A stretch of 64,000 bases of DNA from Nageia nagi (Eukaryota; Plantae; Pinophyta), in contig JBITNC010000001.1 in assembly GCA_050084985.1 (NCBI GenBank), positions 62,000,001 through 62,064,000 of the forward strand, written 5' to 3'. A model generated the notes under the pieces. That model worked only from the letters and a program-made list of their open reading frames with translations, searched no databases and was not told the origin of the DNA. The position numbers and the translations under genes are program-made. Each line of letters begins with the position of its first letter. Position 1 is the first letter of the stretch. This document shows positions 42,566 through 54,485 of this stretch, one piece after another.

Positions 42566-43126
42566 AACTACTTTCATGTAAGGTATATCTAACACCTTTT
42601 TGTGGGTATCTACATCAAAAGAAGGAATGAAATTTATGCATAATCTACACTGTCAATGACATAAAAAACTACTTTCACATAGCTAGTGATGTGAATGTAA
42701 ATGAAATAAAAGATAAAATAAAAGTAAACTCTTATATATCAAGGCATGGACATAAGAGCATCAAATTCCTAAGTAGTAGAGAAAAAGGAATGGCTAGATT
42801 CATGGTTGAATAGTGTAAAGGGGAAAAAGATGCTCCTCTATTTCAAAGATTGGATGTTGGACCATGAGTCTACTTTATAGTAGAGTTCCTTCCATGGAAG
42901 ATATATCCCAAGGGGTAAAAGATATAGTTCTTTAGGTTTTATCTTAGTTGCACCACTCAAGGAGCTTTCCTAAGAAAATAAGCCAAAAGGAGGCAACAAA
43001 GGACCCTCATCATTATCAAATGGTAGTGTTGGATAAAAACTTCAAATTTCTCAAGCATTTCTTTTATACTTCTTCTTTAGATATGTAATTTCATTACATC
43101 AATCACACCTCCAAAGAAGGGAAAAA

Positions 43127-43747
43127 TGTAGACACCTAAAAATTAATTACTATTTATTAAATAATTCATTTTATAGCATCAAAGAATATTTATTATAAAA
43201 AGGGGTAAAATATACTCAAGATAATGTAATCAATATAATATACAAATGTATGATGTAAAGAGTGTCAAATATCAAGAAATACACCATAAGTAATGTAATA
43301 TATAATAATCCTAAGATGAAAAGAAGATCAAGATGTTGTTATAAAAGAATAACAAAGGTAACACAATCAGAGATCGGTAGACATCAAGAGAGAGAAATAA
43401 AACATGCAATATTATTCTATCTGAACAACAATAGTGTTTTACAACACCACCTCTATATAGATCTAGTAAACCCTTCATCTTGCTTTTGTGTATCTTTACT
43501 TTTATTTGTAGATCTGCTTCTTTCACATAGCTAGTGGTGTGCTCCTAGGTCATTGACGATGTGTGTTTCTTATAATGCACTATGATGATTGATGTATGAT
43601 ATTTATTATTTCATGTTGATATGAATGTGATGAAGATACATTAATTATCATATTCATTTGATACCATATTTCTAATATACACTTCAATAATATATTGTAG
43701 ATGAATAGTGCTTTATTTTATCACGTGTGCATTATTTTTAGTTTACA
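43127..43747 (+). repeat. 3' LTR of element 4
   Basis: tgtagacacctaaaaat...ttagtttaca, preceded by the PPT. 13 mismatches to the 5' LTR in the first 120 nt (hand count). Confidence 0.95.
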
Positions 43748-46700
43748 AATATTATGTTTGCTATTTTTTGTGTATATAGAAATCATGAAATTGATGATGG
43801 AAAAGCAATAAACATTATTCTAATGTCATTTCAAAATTAAACATAAAATTTGAAATTGAAATAAAATATAATATACACATACCTCATTATAATTCATCAT
43901 TAGTTTTTGAGGTACAAACCTGTTCTCTTTATGGATAGAACTATTTAAGATGGGTGGCATTGAAGGTTTTTTATTCTTCTTTTTCATCCATTGAAGATAA
44001 TTTATAAGCATATAATCCTATAGATTCCATAATAAAAAAAGATCCTAACCAATTTAGTTTGAATTTTCTTTTTACCTCATCATTTGCAGTAGTCTTGTTG
44101 ATTATTGAATCTCCCACTTGAAATGTTTTTGACTCAATAGTTTTGCCAAAATCCCTTTTTAACCTTGCATGATATACCTTTTAATGTTCAATAACATGAA
44201 TCATTTTTTTCATCAAGAGCCTCTAACTACTATAATCTTGCTTTTCGAGCATCCTCATCTTATATATCTCCTTGTAATGATATCCTTAAAGATGGAATTT
44301 CAAACTCTAATGGTACAACTAATTCATCTTCATAGACTAATGAGAATGGAGTTACTCCTATTATTGTTCAAACAATTGTTCTCTATACTCATAATGCATA
44401 TGGTAATTATTCATGTCAATGTATTTTGTATTTATCCCATATCTTTGATAGTATGCTCTTGATTATTTTATTTGATGCCTCTACTTGTCCATTTCCTTGT
44501 GGGTAATAAAATGAACAAAACTTTCTCTAAATATGTAACTTTTTATATAAAGCTTTCATATCCTTCCCTTTAAATTTTGGCCCATTATTCATAATCAATT
44601 GTTGTGGGGCACCAAATTGTGTTATAATATTCTCAATCAAGAATTTGATGATCTTTTCATGTGTTACTAATTTCATTGGTATTACCTCTACCCATTTTGT
44701 TGTATATTCAGTTACTATGATGATACATTTATGTCCATCTCTAGAATGTGGATTTATAAATCCTATCAAGTCAATATGCCAATTTTCGAATGACCATGTT
44801 GATACTATTGAGTAAAGCTCTGATGTAGGTTATTTTTTTCATATTTGCATGTTTTTGATTCTAAGAAAATATTAACATGATTCTATCAATCTTATTCCAT
44901 TGTAAGCCAATAATATCCTATCTATAGGAGCTTTGTATAAAAATCCTTTGCATAGAAATGCCCCTACATATTCCTTCATGTGCCTATTGTAATGTCTCTT
45001 CTATTTCATGATGTGTTAAGCACCTTAAAAGAGTTCCATCAAATGATATTTTATATAATATATCTCTAATAAGGAAACAAATAATATCTCAACTTTTATG
45101 TTGTAAAAACTATACCAAAATAAAGTTTTTCATAGAGTGTACCTAATTTCATAATCAATGAGAGTTTTATTGAGGTAGTATATTGCTCTTTCCTTCTTCT
45201 CACTATCTTATTGACATAACATTACCCCTAATGAAACCATTGTGGCTAAGATGTAGAGATATTTTTCCTAATTGAAATCTATAGGAACTAAAATAGGAGG
45301 ATTAAGCAAATATTACTTTATATCCTTGAATATTTTTTTATATTTTTCATCCCATATTAACTTGATATCTTTTTTCAATATTTAAGTAAAAGGAAAATAT
45401 TTATCTACTAGCTATGAAATAAATCTCCTTACTAAATTTATCTTACCTTGTAACCTCCTCAGTTACTTCAAATTTTTGGGAGGTGGCATATTTACAATTG
45501 CATCTACATTTTTTGAATCCACCTCAATACCTCTCCTAGACACCATGAATCTCAATAGCTTTCCTAAAGTAATACCAAAGGTATAGTTTTGTGGTTTTAA
45601 TATAAGCTTATACATTTTTTAAGATACCAAATACCTCTTCAAGGAGTTCCAAATGATCATATCTTTGCTTAGATTTTACCAATATATCATCATATAAACT
45701 TCCATAGAATTATGAATTTGTTCATGAAACATAGTAACCATTGCATGTTGATAAGTGGCACCTACATTTTTTAATACAAATGGCATAACATTTGAACAAA
45801 AATTTCCCCATGGTGTAGTAAATTTTATTTTATGTTGATCAGCTAGATTAATTAGAATTTGATTATAACTAGAGAAACCATCCATAAAAGATAATATATC
45901 ATGACCAACAATGTTACCAACAATCATATCAATATTTGATAGAGGAAAATCATCTTTTGGACATGCATTATTGATATCCATAAAATTAGTACAAATCCTT
46001 ATTTCTCCATTTGGTTTTTGCTTAACAAGTTTAGCATCTTTTTTTAATGGCAAACTATGCATGAAAAATATTTATCTAAACCAAACATATTAAAATAAGA
46101 CCAAGAAAAGTTTTTATTACATTCAATGAACTTGTTTCTGTACCTTTCTTGAGATGGTATTAGGAGAGTAGCATCAATTTTTATCAACCTTGCTTGATCA
46201 TTTATGTCAATGTTGACCTCTATTAATTCCTTTGTAGAAAATTTAGATTTATATTTTCTTACAATAAGAAAGGTAACTCTTTCAATCCTAGTATTTCTTA
46301 GCTATCTATATCATCTTTATCAACTTGTTGTACCTAAAATACTTCATTAAAGTTTATCTCTTGCCCAAAATATCCATATTGAGTAAGGATGCAACTTGGT
46401 TTCCTTTTTGAATTTCATTTGGGTGATTCTATCCCCATGTATTCCAATATATCATCATCAGTAGCCAAGTAATCAAAATCAAGCATTATACCATCATGTA
46501 CCATTTTATTTCATCAATTTCATAACACAACTCTATCATATTGCATTTTAGAATAAACTTAATGGATGATGTAGTTTGTTTTATATTATGATCACTACAT
46601 AGTCCCTTCTTATCTTTCTAAGTTCCTAAATTAACAAGAAAAGAAGGCATTCCTTATTTTGATTTTCCCAATCCTTCTCATTTATACTTGCAATTTTTAA

Positions 46701-46938
46701 AATCAGCACCATAAGTTTTTTAAGTTGTTAAAGAACATGTAAAAATAAATGGATGAGGTTATTTCCAACTAAATTCTACTACATACTTTGAGTGTTTATT
46801 CTGTAAATCTTGAACTTATATACTTCAAATCAGCTAAAATCGATAAAGCTGAATAAATCAAGTCAAAATCAGTCAGATTCAAACACCCATTATCAATTTG
46901 AACTTATTCCTCAATTTTCAACCGATTCTATACCAACC

Positions 46939-47022
46939 TAAAGATGATATACAGCTAGAGTATGCAATGAATTTTGCTGGTAAAGATGATATACAACTAA
47001 AGTATGTAATGAATTTTGCTGG
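46939..47022. repeat. 42-bp tandem duplication
   Basis: taaagatgatataca(g/a)cta(g/a)agtatg(c/t)aatgaattttgctgg occurs twice. Confidence 0.9.
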
Positions 47023-48445
47023 AGGATAGCCTTCCGCCAAATAAATTTACACAAGGTTCCCAATATTCTAACCAGATCATGATTCTTTGTTATCCCAGTG
47101 ATAGAGTTCTGTACATTTTACGCACTATGTCATCATCCGCATATAAGGAACGAGCTAAGGGTCTTTAAGTTATCACCGTAGTCATACATGGGCCTTTAGT
47201 TATTCATGGAACGAACGAGCTAAGGGTCTTTCAGTTATTGATGCAGACATACAATGATTTGTCCCATTGAGTGGATCATAGATATTGATAGCGTTAGTAG
47301 CTATTGAGGAAGGATCTCTGCACTGGTCCCTCTCTGATGACTCCTTCCCTTTCCATTAAACTACTCCGCCAAATGTATTTAAAATATAACTAATGCACAG
47401 AAATAGCTAACTAATCAATAAGCATAACAAAACCGTTACAAAATAACATCGTTAACTTGTTCCTACAGAATCGGGCCATCCAATGAAGAGTAGATGGGTT
47501 TCTGCCTCAACCCACTCTTCTGTTCTTATACTCTGTACATTCAGCTTTTTTAACAGTTGAAACAATATACTATTATAAGAGTTCAACTTTGTCAGAGTAA
47601 TTATTATAAGCTATGTGCACAAGCACACTTCTTGGAGACAATATATACTATTCCTAGAGGGTTGACTCGGAACTCTGGTAGAACACATTGCAGGCTTAAC
47701 GGTATTGAGCTCTTGCCAGCCCAATTACAGAACAAGCAAAACTTGGAGCTAGTATTTGGGGTGTTAATCCAAACGCCAGAAAAGCGTACTCTTGGACATC
47801 TAGAGGTGTTGGCTTAACTGCAGAGCACTCGTCGAAGAATGAAGTCCTAACCGATAAATGCTTTTCAACAATTTGCGAATAGTCCTACAAGGAATATAAT
47901 GGAAACCAACAACACAAGGGGAACACTTATTACTGACGGGTATTTAATACTGAACCAAAGTAGTGTGAATAATTGGTAGCTGCGTATGCTGTGCTAACAG
48001 CTTATACCCAGAAGACATGTAACATTCTTAGAATCGCAATACAAACAGTTTTCCAACCGAGATGCTATAAAAGGAAGACATATAGTCAACCCGAGTGTGG
48101 TGAAAAATACATTAACGCCTAAATATAAGCTCACTGAGACACATTAGCATGGAATGTGAGAAAGAATACAGCAGCTATATTGCTGCCAACATTTGGCTCA
48201 TTGTTTGTAGCCAAGGTATGCTTTCCAGCATTTGCCAACTTAAAATCATAGCAGTCCTGTACGTTCTCTCCGAGGATAGTAGTATCTACAGCCAACTGGG
48301 CAGAGACCAATTCCATTTTCCAAAACAAACTCTAGACGCGCAACACAAACAAAATTGGTTAGTTCAAAACCAAAACTTATTGTAGATTTTCCACATCGAG
48401 AAATAAAGAAACATGGTAGACCAGACACGCAATGATCACACTCAC

Positions 48446-48730
48446 CATGATTCCCATAGCCAAACATCCGATGACAGAATTCGCAATGGCCACAGCAGCA
48501 AGTTCGACAGTACCCAGATGCCCAGCGAAAGTCTGTGTAAGAGCTCCAATCGAATAGTTGCACAACATAGCGAAAATTGCAGGCCCCGCAATCACCCACA
48601 ACTTCTTGGATTCGATCCAACTCTCCCTTCTTAACTCTTGACATGAAGTAATGGCAAATGAATCATTATCTTCCATTCTACCATCTCCATTTTCGCTCAG
48701 CAGAGAACAGTGGATAGAGTTTTCAGCCAT
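48446..48730 (-). CDS. First coding exon of a MATE / DETOXIFICATION (DTX) transporter, DTX29-35-like group
   Basis: MAENSIHCSLL...ESKKLWVIAGPAIFAMLCNYSIGALTQTFAGHLGTVELAAVAIANSVIGCLAMGIM is the classical plant MATE N-terminus. It ends at an ATG|GTGAGT donor, at the conserved intron position just before LGMGSA. Open frame, CpG-retaining. Confidence 0.92.
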
Positions 48731-49027
48731 GACGAATACTGCTCTCGTCCAGGCTGACAAGGAGCATGTATGAACAAACGAATTCTTTGACGATGGACTG
48801 CTAATTGCGACTTGTTTTTAAGCTGTCTCTGTAGCTTTGTAATACGTGCATCATGTGACCAAATTACTTGACGGAGAAGGCTATATGAGGCCTAAACCAT
48901 CAATGTATTGCTAACAAAATCTCAGTTCAAATCCTGATGGATTTTTTTGATCAAAATTTTTTGTGTTACTTTGGGGTTTCAGATAGTTTAGGTTTTACTT
49001 GATAAATATCGATAATAGATATATGCG

Positions 49028-49542
49028 TGTCTAATGAAGGGACTCATCACCTTCCACTACAATTTGATAAATTTTGACAGTTTTTTTAACATCCGTGCAT
49101 TTTTTTATCAATCATTTTTTTTTTCTCCGATACTTATACTCATGAAGTTTTTCTATATAAATATATTTACAATTTTTTTTCAATGAATATATTCTCCATG
49201 CAAATATGTATAAATATATTTTCAACACGAAAACACAAAACAAAGGATAAAAAAAAAACTAAGTCTCAAATCACCTAAGTTGTTATGGAGAATCAAACCC
49301 AATTTGTTAGGTTCAAATTCCAACATCCTAACCACTACACCAACATTTTATTCACCAATGTACCTTCCAAATTTATAATTCAACTTTTACTTGACATATT
49401 CATGAAACTATTATAACATATTAACTTCGCGAATATGTTTGAAGTGTCAGGAAAATGGTTCAATCGATAAAAAAATTTAGATTTTCAAAAGCTATCAGAT
49501 CTATTAGATTGTCAAGGAAGCGATGAGTCTCCTAGTTAGACA
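49028..49542. mobile_element. MITE-like non-autonomous TIR element upstream of the MATE gene
   Basis: The left end tgtctaatgaagggactcatcaccttccactacaatttgataaattttgacagtttt matches the reverse complement of the right end, tgtctaactaggagactcatcgcttccttgacaatctaatagatctgatagcttt (~55-bp imperfect TIR). No clean TSD. Confidence 0.75.
49287..49345 (-). pseudogene. tRNA-derived segment (Gln/Glu-like; SINE head or pseudo-tRNA)
   Basis: Minus strand: tgtTGGTGTAGTGGttaggatgttggaatttgaacctaacaaattgGGTTTGATTCtcc, giving an A box, an anticodon-arm-like stem and a decayed B box. A T-run lies ~30 nt downstream. Confidence 0.7.
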
Positions 49543-50626
49543 ACTCCAATCTTATTTATTTGATAATAATAGAAAAAGATATTGTTATTAATATCGATAA
49601 TGAAATTCTTGTAATGGTATTTGTTAAATGCATTTTTCATGGATTATTTATTCATAAATTCAATCTTTCAACATTAAAGGTTATATGAAATCCATATCAA
49701 TTTGGTGGATCATATTGATTTTCTTTAATATGTATAATTCATGTAATTTTCAAATCATATTAATAGAAGAATAGTGTAATCCAATGTAAGATATATATGT
49801 TATATCAATATGTTTATCATTAGAGTGTTGTTGGAGTACAAGTTATTCAAAAATAAAGTATTATAGGAATATTAATTAAGAGTTTGGTTTAGTATATGTG
49901 GTTTGACCTTTTGGTAAAGATGTCCACTTTAGGTGTGGAGATTTAAGCTTCGCAAGCTTATAGTGTTGATAGTGCATCAAGTCAAAACTATTGATTACGT
50001 TAAAAAGATTTACCCTAATATAACTAGAGGTTATAGGGACATCAAGGATTAAGATTTGAGATCAAAATGTGTTGAAAATTAGTTGTAATGAGTTACCAAT
50101 TCCTCTAGTATAATAATAATAAAATAAAATACTAAAAAATTAACTTCTTAAAGATATTGTAATAGTGTTTATTTTCATCATGTGTATTAAGAAAATTTTA
50201 ATTAAAGAAGATTTAGTTATTAAGGTGTTAGATTAATATATTCAAATAAATTAATTTTCTATTGGAATTTTAAAGTAACCACATCAGAAACACTATCTAA
50301 GTTCACAACTATAATAATATTCTTCACAATATGAAATCTTGGGTTGGAGATTTCTACCAAGCTACTTTTGGTGAAATTAGAAGATTTCTTTGTTAGATAT
50401 GATTATTGATTTACTATTTAATGCATGGAAATGATATGATCAATCTTAATATGAATATTTAAAAAAAATCTTGAAGTAGTAGATAAAATAGCATATAACC
50501 TTAGGATATAACCTTCAAAGTTTTACCAAGATCACAAATTTGTGTTGTCGTTGGAGATAACAATTGAAATATTTGTTAGATTTCCTATGTAACATGTTCA
50601 CCTTTATATATGCAAGGGAAACTCAT

Positions 50627-50649
50627 GGGGGGGGGGGGGGGGGGGGGGG
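50627..50649. repeat. Poly-G tract (23 G)
   Basis: Direct reading. Confidence 0.95.
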
Positions 50650-52034
50650 CACTCACTTAATAGAAAGCCAACATATGTTCACCTATGTCCATAGGCTTTT
50701 TAAAAAATCCCCAATTTTTAAAATTTACCACCTTGTGTTTTAATTTAATAAACCCCTCATTATAAACTCCTATATAATAATTAATAACTAATTTTTTTAA
50801 GTATACCATTTTATCCAAAAAAATGGATCAATTTTTTAATACCCATTAGTAGTTTTATCTCTTGATATTTTCACCTAAAATTATAATAGTACAAAACTTT
50901 TCCAATCAAAACCCTTATCTCTTGTTATTTAAAGTCATCCAAAATGATGACTCCTAAGATGGAGTAAAATCAAATATAACTGCCACCCCTCCAAACTAAT
51001 CCCCCCTCTTTGTTTATGTTGGTAAAATATATTGCATGAATTTTAAATACCCCTAACCCTTACCCTAATAAAATACTTATTGATATATCGATAATTCAAC
51101 TTTATATTAAAAATACCCCCTAGTAGGACTCACGTGCTATATACCATTTCTTAATAATGAACCCTGCATGGGGAAACTCTATAATGTATGCCTACAAGCC
51201 AACACGATGCTAGTATACCTTGCACAATAATATGAAATACTACATAAGAAAGTGGTTAAGCCTCCCAATATAAGGAAAATATTAATATGATAACATATAA
51301 GTAATATGATAGTTAATTAAGGACACCCATGGGGGTCTAAATTAAGTGTCAATAGTTCCCCCCCCCTTTAAAGTTTTAATTTAAAGTGAAATGAAATTAT
51401 TCTTGTAAAGGAAAAAATAAAGCGAAAGAAAAATAGCCCCTTAATCTCAGTAAAGCATTGGAAATAACAATTTATTGATGATGTATATTATCCCCTCTTT
51501 GCATTGATTGAAGTAGGAGTGATTATGGCTAAATAGTATACATTGATTCATCTTAAATAGATACATCATTAGAAAGAGAAAAGATGAAATTAATATAATA
51601 CGCCATTATCATGTCATCATGGAAACACTCAATTCCCAATCATAGAAAAATATCATTATAGAAAAATCTAATACCTCATTCATAGACTTATTGTACCATT
51701 CACACTCATTATTCAAAAGATATAACATTAATTAAATACAAATGAAAGCATGATATCATAAAAAAGATATATCATCATGAGGTACTATGCCCCATTTTTA
51801 GATATATATACAAAAGAACATCATCATGGGGTGTTATGCCCCATTACTAGATGTATATCATATAAAGATCATAAGAAAGTATCAATACCAAGTAAGATCA
51901 TAAACATAATCATGCAAACATCATGTAATTCATTCATAGAGCCATCATCATAAAAATAAAATATTACCCCATTCATGGACGAATATCTTAATGATAGCAC
52001 AAGATGTTCCATTCATATACATAAAAAATAAAGT

Positions 52035-52315
52035 TAATAATTGATAATCTCAACCAATAAAGGAATAACTAAATAGTGACAAAATGTAACATCAACCAAT
52101 AAAGGGATAATCAAAAAATTATGATTGATAATCTCAACCAACAAAAGGCTACTCAAAAAATGATGATTGATAACCTCAAACAACAAAAGACTACTCAAAC
52201 AATGATGATTGATAACCTAAACCAATAAAGGACTACTCAAATAATAATGATTGATAACCTCAACTAAGAAATAACTACTTAAATAATTATGATTGATAAC
52301 CTCAACTAACAAATG
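52035..52315. repeat. ~40-bp tandem repeat array
   Basis: atgattgataacctcaaccaa(t/c)aaa(g/a)gactactcaaa unit, about 6-7 copies. Confidence 0.9.
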
Positions 52316-52447
52316 GCTATGCAAACAGCTAAAATTTTGATTTATAAAGAACAAATTATGAATTACAAAGTGTAAGTTTTGAACAAGAAGCATAGAACAT
52401 TTGTAATCATACAAAATATCATGGAAATGTATCTAAGAGCATGTGCA

Positions 52448-52580
52448 TTATGAATTATGAATTATGAATTATGAAATATGAATTATGAATTATGAAATAT
52501 GAATTATGAATTATGAAATATGAATTATGAAATATGAATTATGAATAATATACTATGAATTATAAATTATGAATTACAAA
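52448..52580. repeat. (TATGAAT/TATGAAA)n heptamer satellite
   Basis: Direct reading. Confidence 0.95.
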
Positions 52581-53414
52581 TAATAAAGGAGTAAATATTT
52601 TATATAACTTTGAAGAAATGAACAAAATGACCAACAACAAAGTAAAGTCGCCAAATAAGGTAAAAATTGCCAAATTGGTAGTTTATATACTATGGAAAAT
52701 TTATGAGGAATAAGATGAAAAATGTAAGACAATATATGGGGTATATAAAATATATTTCTAAAACTCTATGTTTATCAACAAAAGGATCTATAAATATCTA
52801 GAAATTATTGATGACATAAGACATTATCTCTTGTGACTACAGTCGCAACAAAAATGCCTTACAAAGAATGGGAAGTCACTTTAGTGATTCTTAACGAAGT
52901 GTAGAGTATTATATACCATTGGAAAGGTATTAAAAATATATTTATAATGATGTATGGTAATTTACAAATGTTTAATATAATTTTAGCTAATCTTTATGAC
53001 ACTTGATCCTATCATATACAATTATAGAAATGATAAAATGATAGTTTGGAGAAAAATTGCTTGTGTATTGGTGATTATCAAAAGAAGTATGGCATATTAT
53101 ATACAAATGGAAATATATTAAAACTATATTTCCAATGAATTAAGACCCATAAAAATTTGAGCTATGTAACAAAATTTATAGGGCCTAAAAGATCATAAAT
53201 AGTTTAATAGAAAATTTAGACAACACCCATAAAAATTACACACGCCAGCTTGAGGAATGATTTTCTCTGTATACAATGTCAATTCATTACTAAATATTAC
53301 AATGATATGTTTTTACTCTTTTTTTAACATGTTATAAATATTCTAAAGTTAAAAACTAAAATCAAAGCTTAATGATTCCATATTTATAAATTTCCACTCA
53401 ATCATATTATAGTT

Positions 53415-53915
53415 GCTTATAGATTTTCCATATCAAAAGACAAATAAACATGGTAGATCAAATATGAAATGATCGCACTCACAATGGTTCCCAAAGATAA
53501 ACCTCTGATGATATAATTTGCAATGGAAATAGAGGCAAATTTGATAGTACCCAAATGCCCAACAAAAGTCTATATAAGATATCCAATCGAATAATTGCAC
53601 AACATAACAAAAATTGTAGGCCCCATAATCACCCATAACTTCTTGGATTTTATCCAACTCTTTCTACTAAATTATTTAGATGAAATGATGGAAAATGAAT
53701 ATCTTCAATTCTACCATCTCCATCTTTGCACATCAAAGAAGACTGAAGAAAGTTTTCAACCATGACAAATATTACTCTCATGAAGACTCCCTCATCTAGG
53801 ATGACAAGGAGCATGTATATAAAAATGAATTCTTTGATGATGGACTAGTAGATACAACTCATTTTTAAATTTTAGTAACAATTAGAATGTTTTCAATAAT
53901 AAGTGCATCATGTGA
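53415..53915 (-). pseudogene. Decayed duplicate of the MATE proximal promoter, exon 1 and intron start
   Basis: Colinear with ~48380-48858. ATG at 53763 (MVENFLQSSL), a small frameshifting deletion near 53700, CAA>TAA and CAG>TAG stops, KSKKLWVIMGPTIF...FVGHLGT, and a retained GTGAGT donor at ~53482. Confidence 0.92.
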
Positions 53916-54164
53916 AATAGCTAGAATGCAATAAAACTTACCAAATTAGGGGAGAGAATTAATAGTTATGCACCCTAACTTCATGTCTCTTAAAATCTAA
54001 CTTAATAATATTGAATCACTCTAAATTGTTTAAAACTTCTTCCTAATTTAGTTATCTAATTTTAACTAAAGTTTTGATTCACCATCATCAAATTTGATAG
54101 GCTAATTATTCATCATCATAGAAATTATTCAAAATAGCACTTTTCTAAATTCATACCCATGGGT

Positions 54165-54485
54165 GTGAATTACAATCCCCCATCTTCAATTACACTTCAC
54201 CAATAGTTGATTTTTAAGTCACATAAAAAATTAGTTTGTTACATAAATGTAATATGTGAACTCTCCATCATCAATTACACTTGCACAAGTTGTTGAATGT
54301 TAAGTCACATAATAAAGTCAATTTGTTACAAAAATGTAATATGTTAAGTGCCCATCATCAATTACACTTGCATGAATAGTTGAACATTAAGTCACATACA
54401 AAAATTAATTTGTTACATATATGTAATATATCAACCTCCCATCATCAATTATAATTACATAAATATTTGATTGTTAAGTCACATG
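54165..54485. repeat. ~87-bp tandem repeat, about 4 copies
   Basis: ccatcatcaattacacttgca...ttaagtcacat...tttgttaca...atgtaatat unit. Confidence 0.9.

Larger units (their letters stand above)
35856..43747 (+). mobile_element. Structurally complete but decayed Tat/Ogre-type LTR retrotransposon (element 4, ~7.9 kb)
   Basis: Two ~620-bp TG...CA LTRs, TSD gatat/aatat (one mismatch), TGG-initiated PBS-like site at 36478, gag (~36800), Zn knuckle (~37575), protease (LVDNGSTINVCS), RT (HVDD ~39350), RNase H, aRH (WILYFDG; CTNNMVEYEDLI), integrase, PPT 43113-43126. Confidence 0.95.
34409..46680 (-). mobile_element. Decayed Tat/Ogre-type element 5, 5'-truncated and split by element 4
   Basis: RT (DINNACPKDDFPLSNID, 45676-46062), partial RNase H, integrase (GFINPHSRDGHKCIIIVTEYTTKWVE, 44527-44769; KFKLNWLG ~44045). 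The 3' UTR continues on both sides of element 4, followed by PPT and LTR. Peptides closely match element 4. Confidence 0.88.
46840..48900. other. CpG-retaining (probably hypomethylated) island covering the MATE promoter, exon 1 and start of intron 1
   Basis: CG and C(A/T)G sites are frequent here and nearly absent from the flanking TE DNA. Confidence 0.7.
50590..52440 (-). mobile_element. Remnant 3' end (UTR, PPT, LTR) of another gypsy-like element
   Basis: Minus strand: purine tract aaag(g)n-aac (~51355-51369), then TATTGACACTTAATTTAG, a decayed TGTTGACAC LTR start at 51354. The tandem repeats at 52035-52315 fit a 3' UTR. Outer limits approximate. Confidence 0.5.

Noticed and set aside
47557-48385. 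Short ORFs as MATE exon 2 or separate genes (47557, 48131, 48149)
   Set aside because: No LGMGSA or other MATE motif and no recognisable homology. The overlapping 48246 and 53433 ORFs are off-frame readings of exon 1 and its copy.
48377-48760. The full 127-aa track ORF as the MATE protein
   Set aside because: It starts at a TTG and reads through the splice donor at 48445. The supported exon is 48446-48730.
52035-52315. CRISPR-like array
   Set aside because: No unique spacers, no cas genes and a eukaryotic context. It is an ordinary tandem repeat, as are those at 9140 and 54165.
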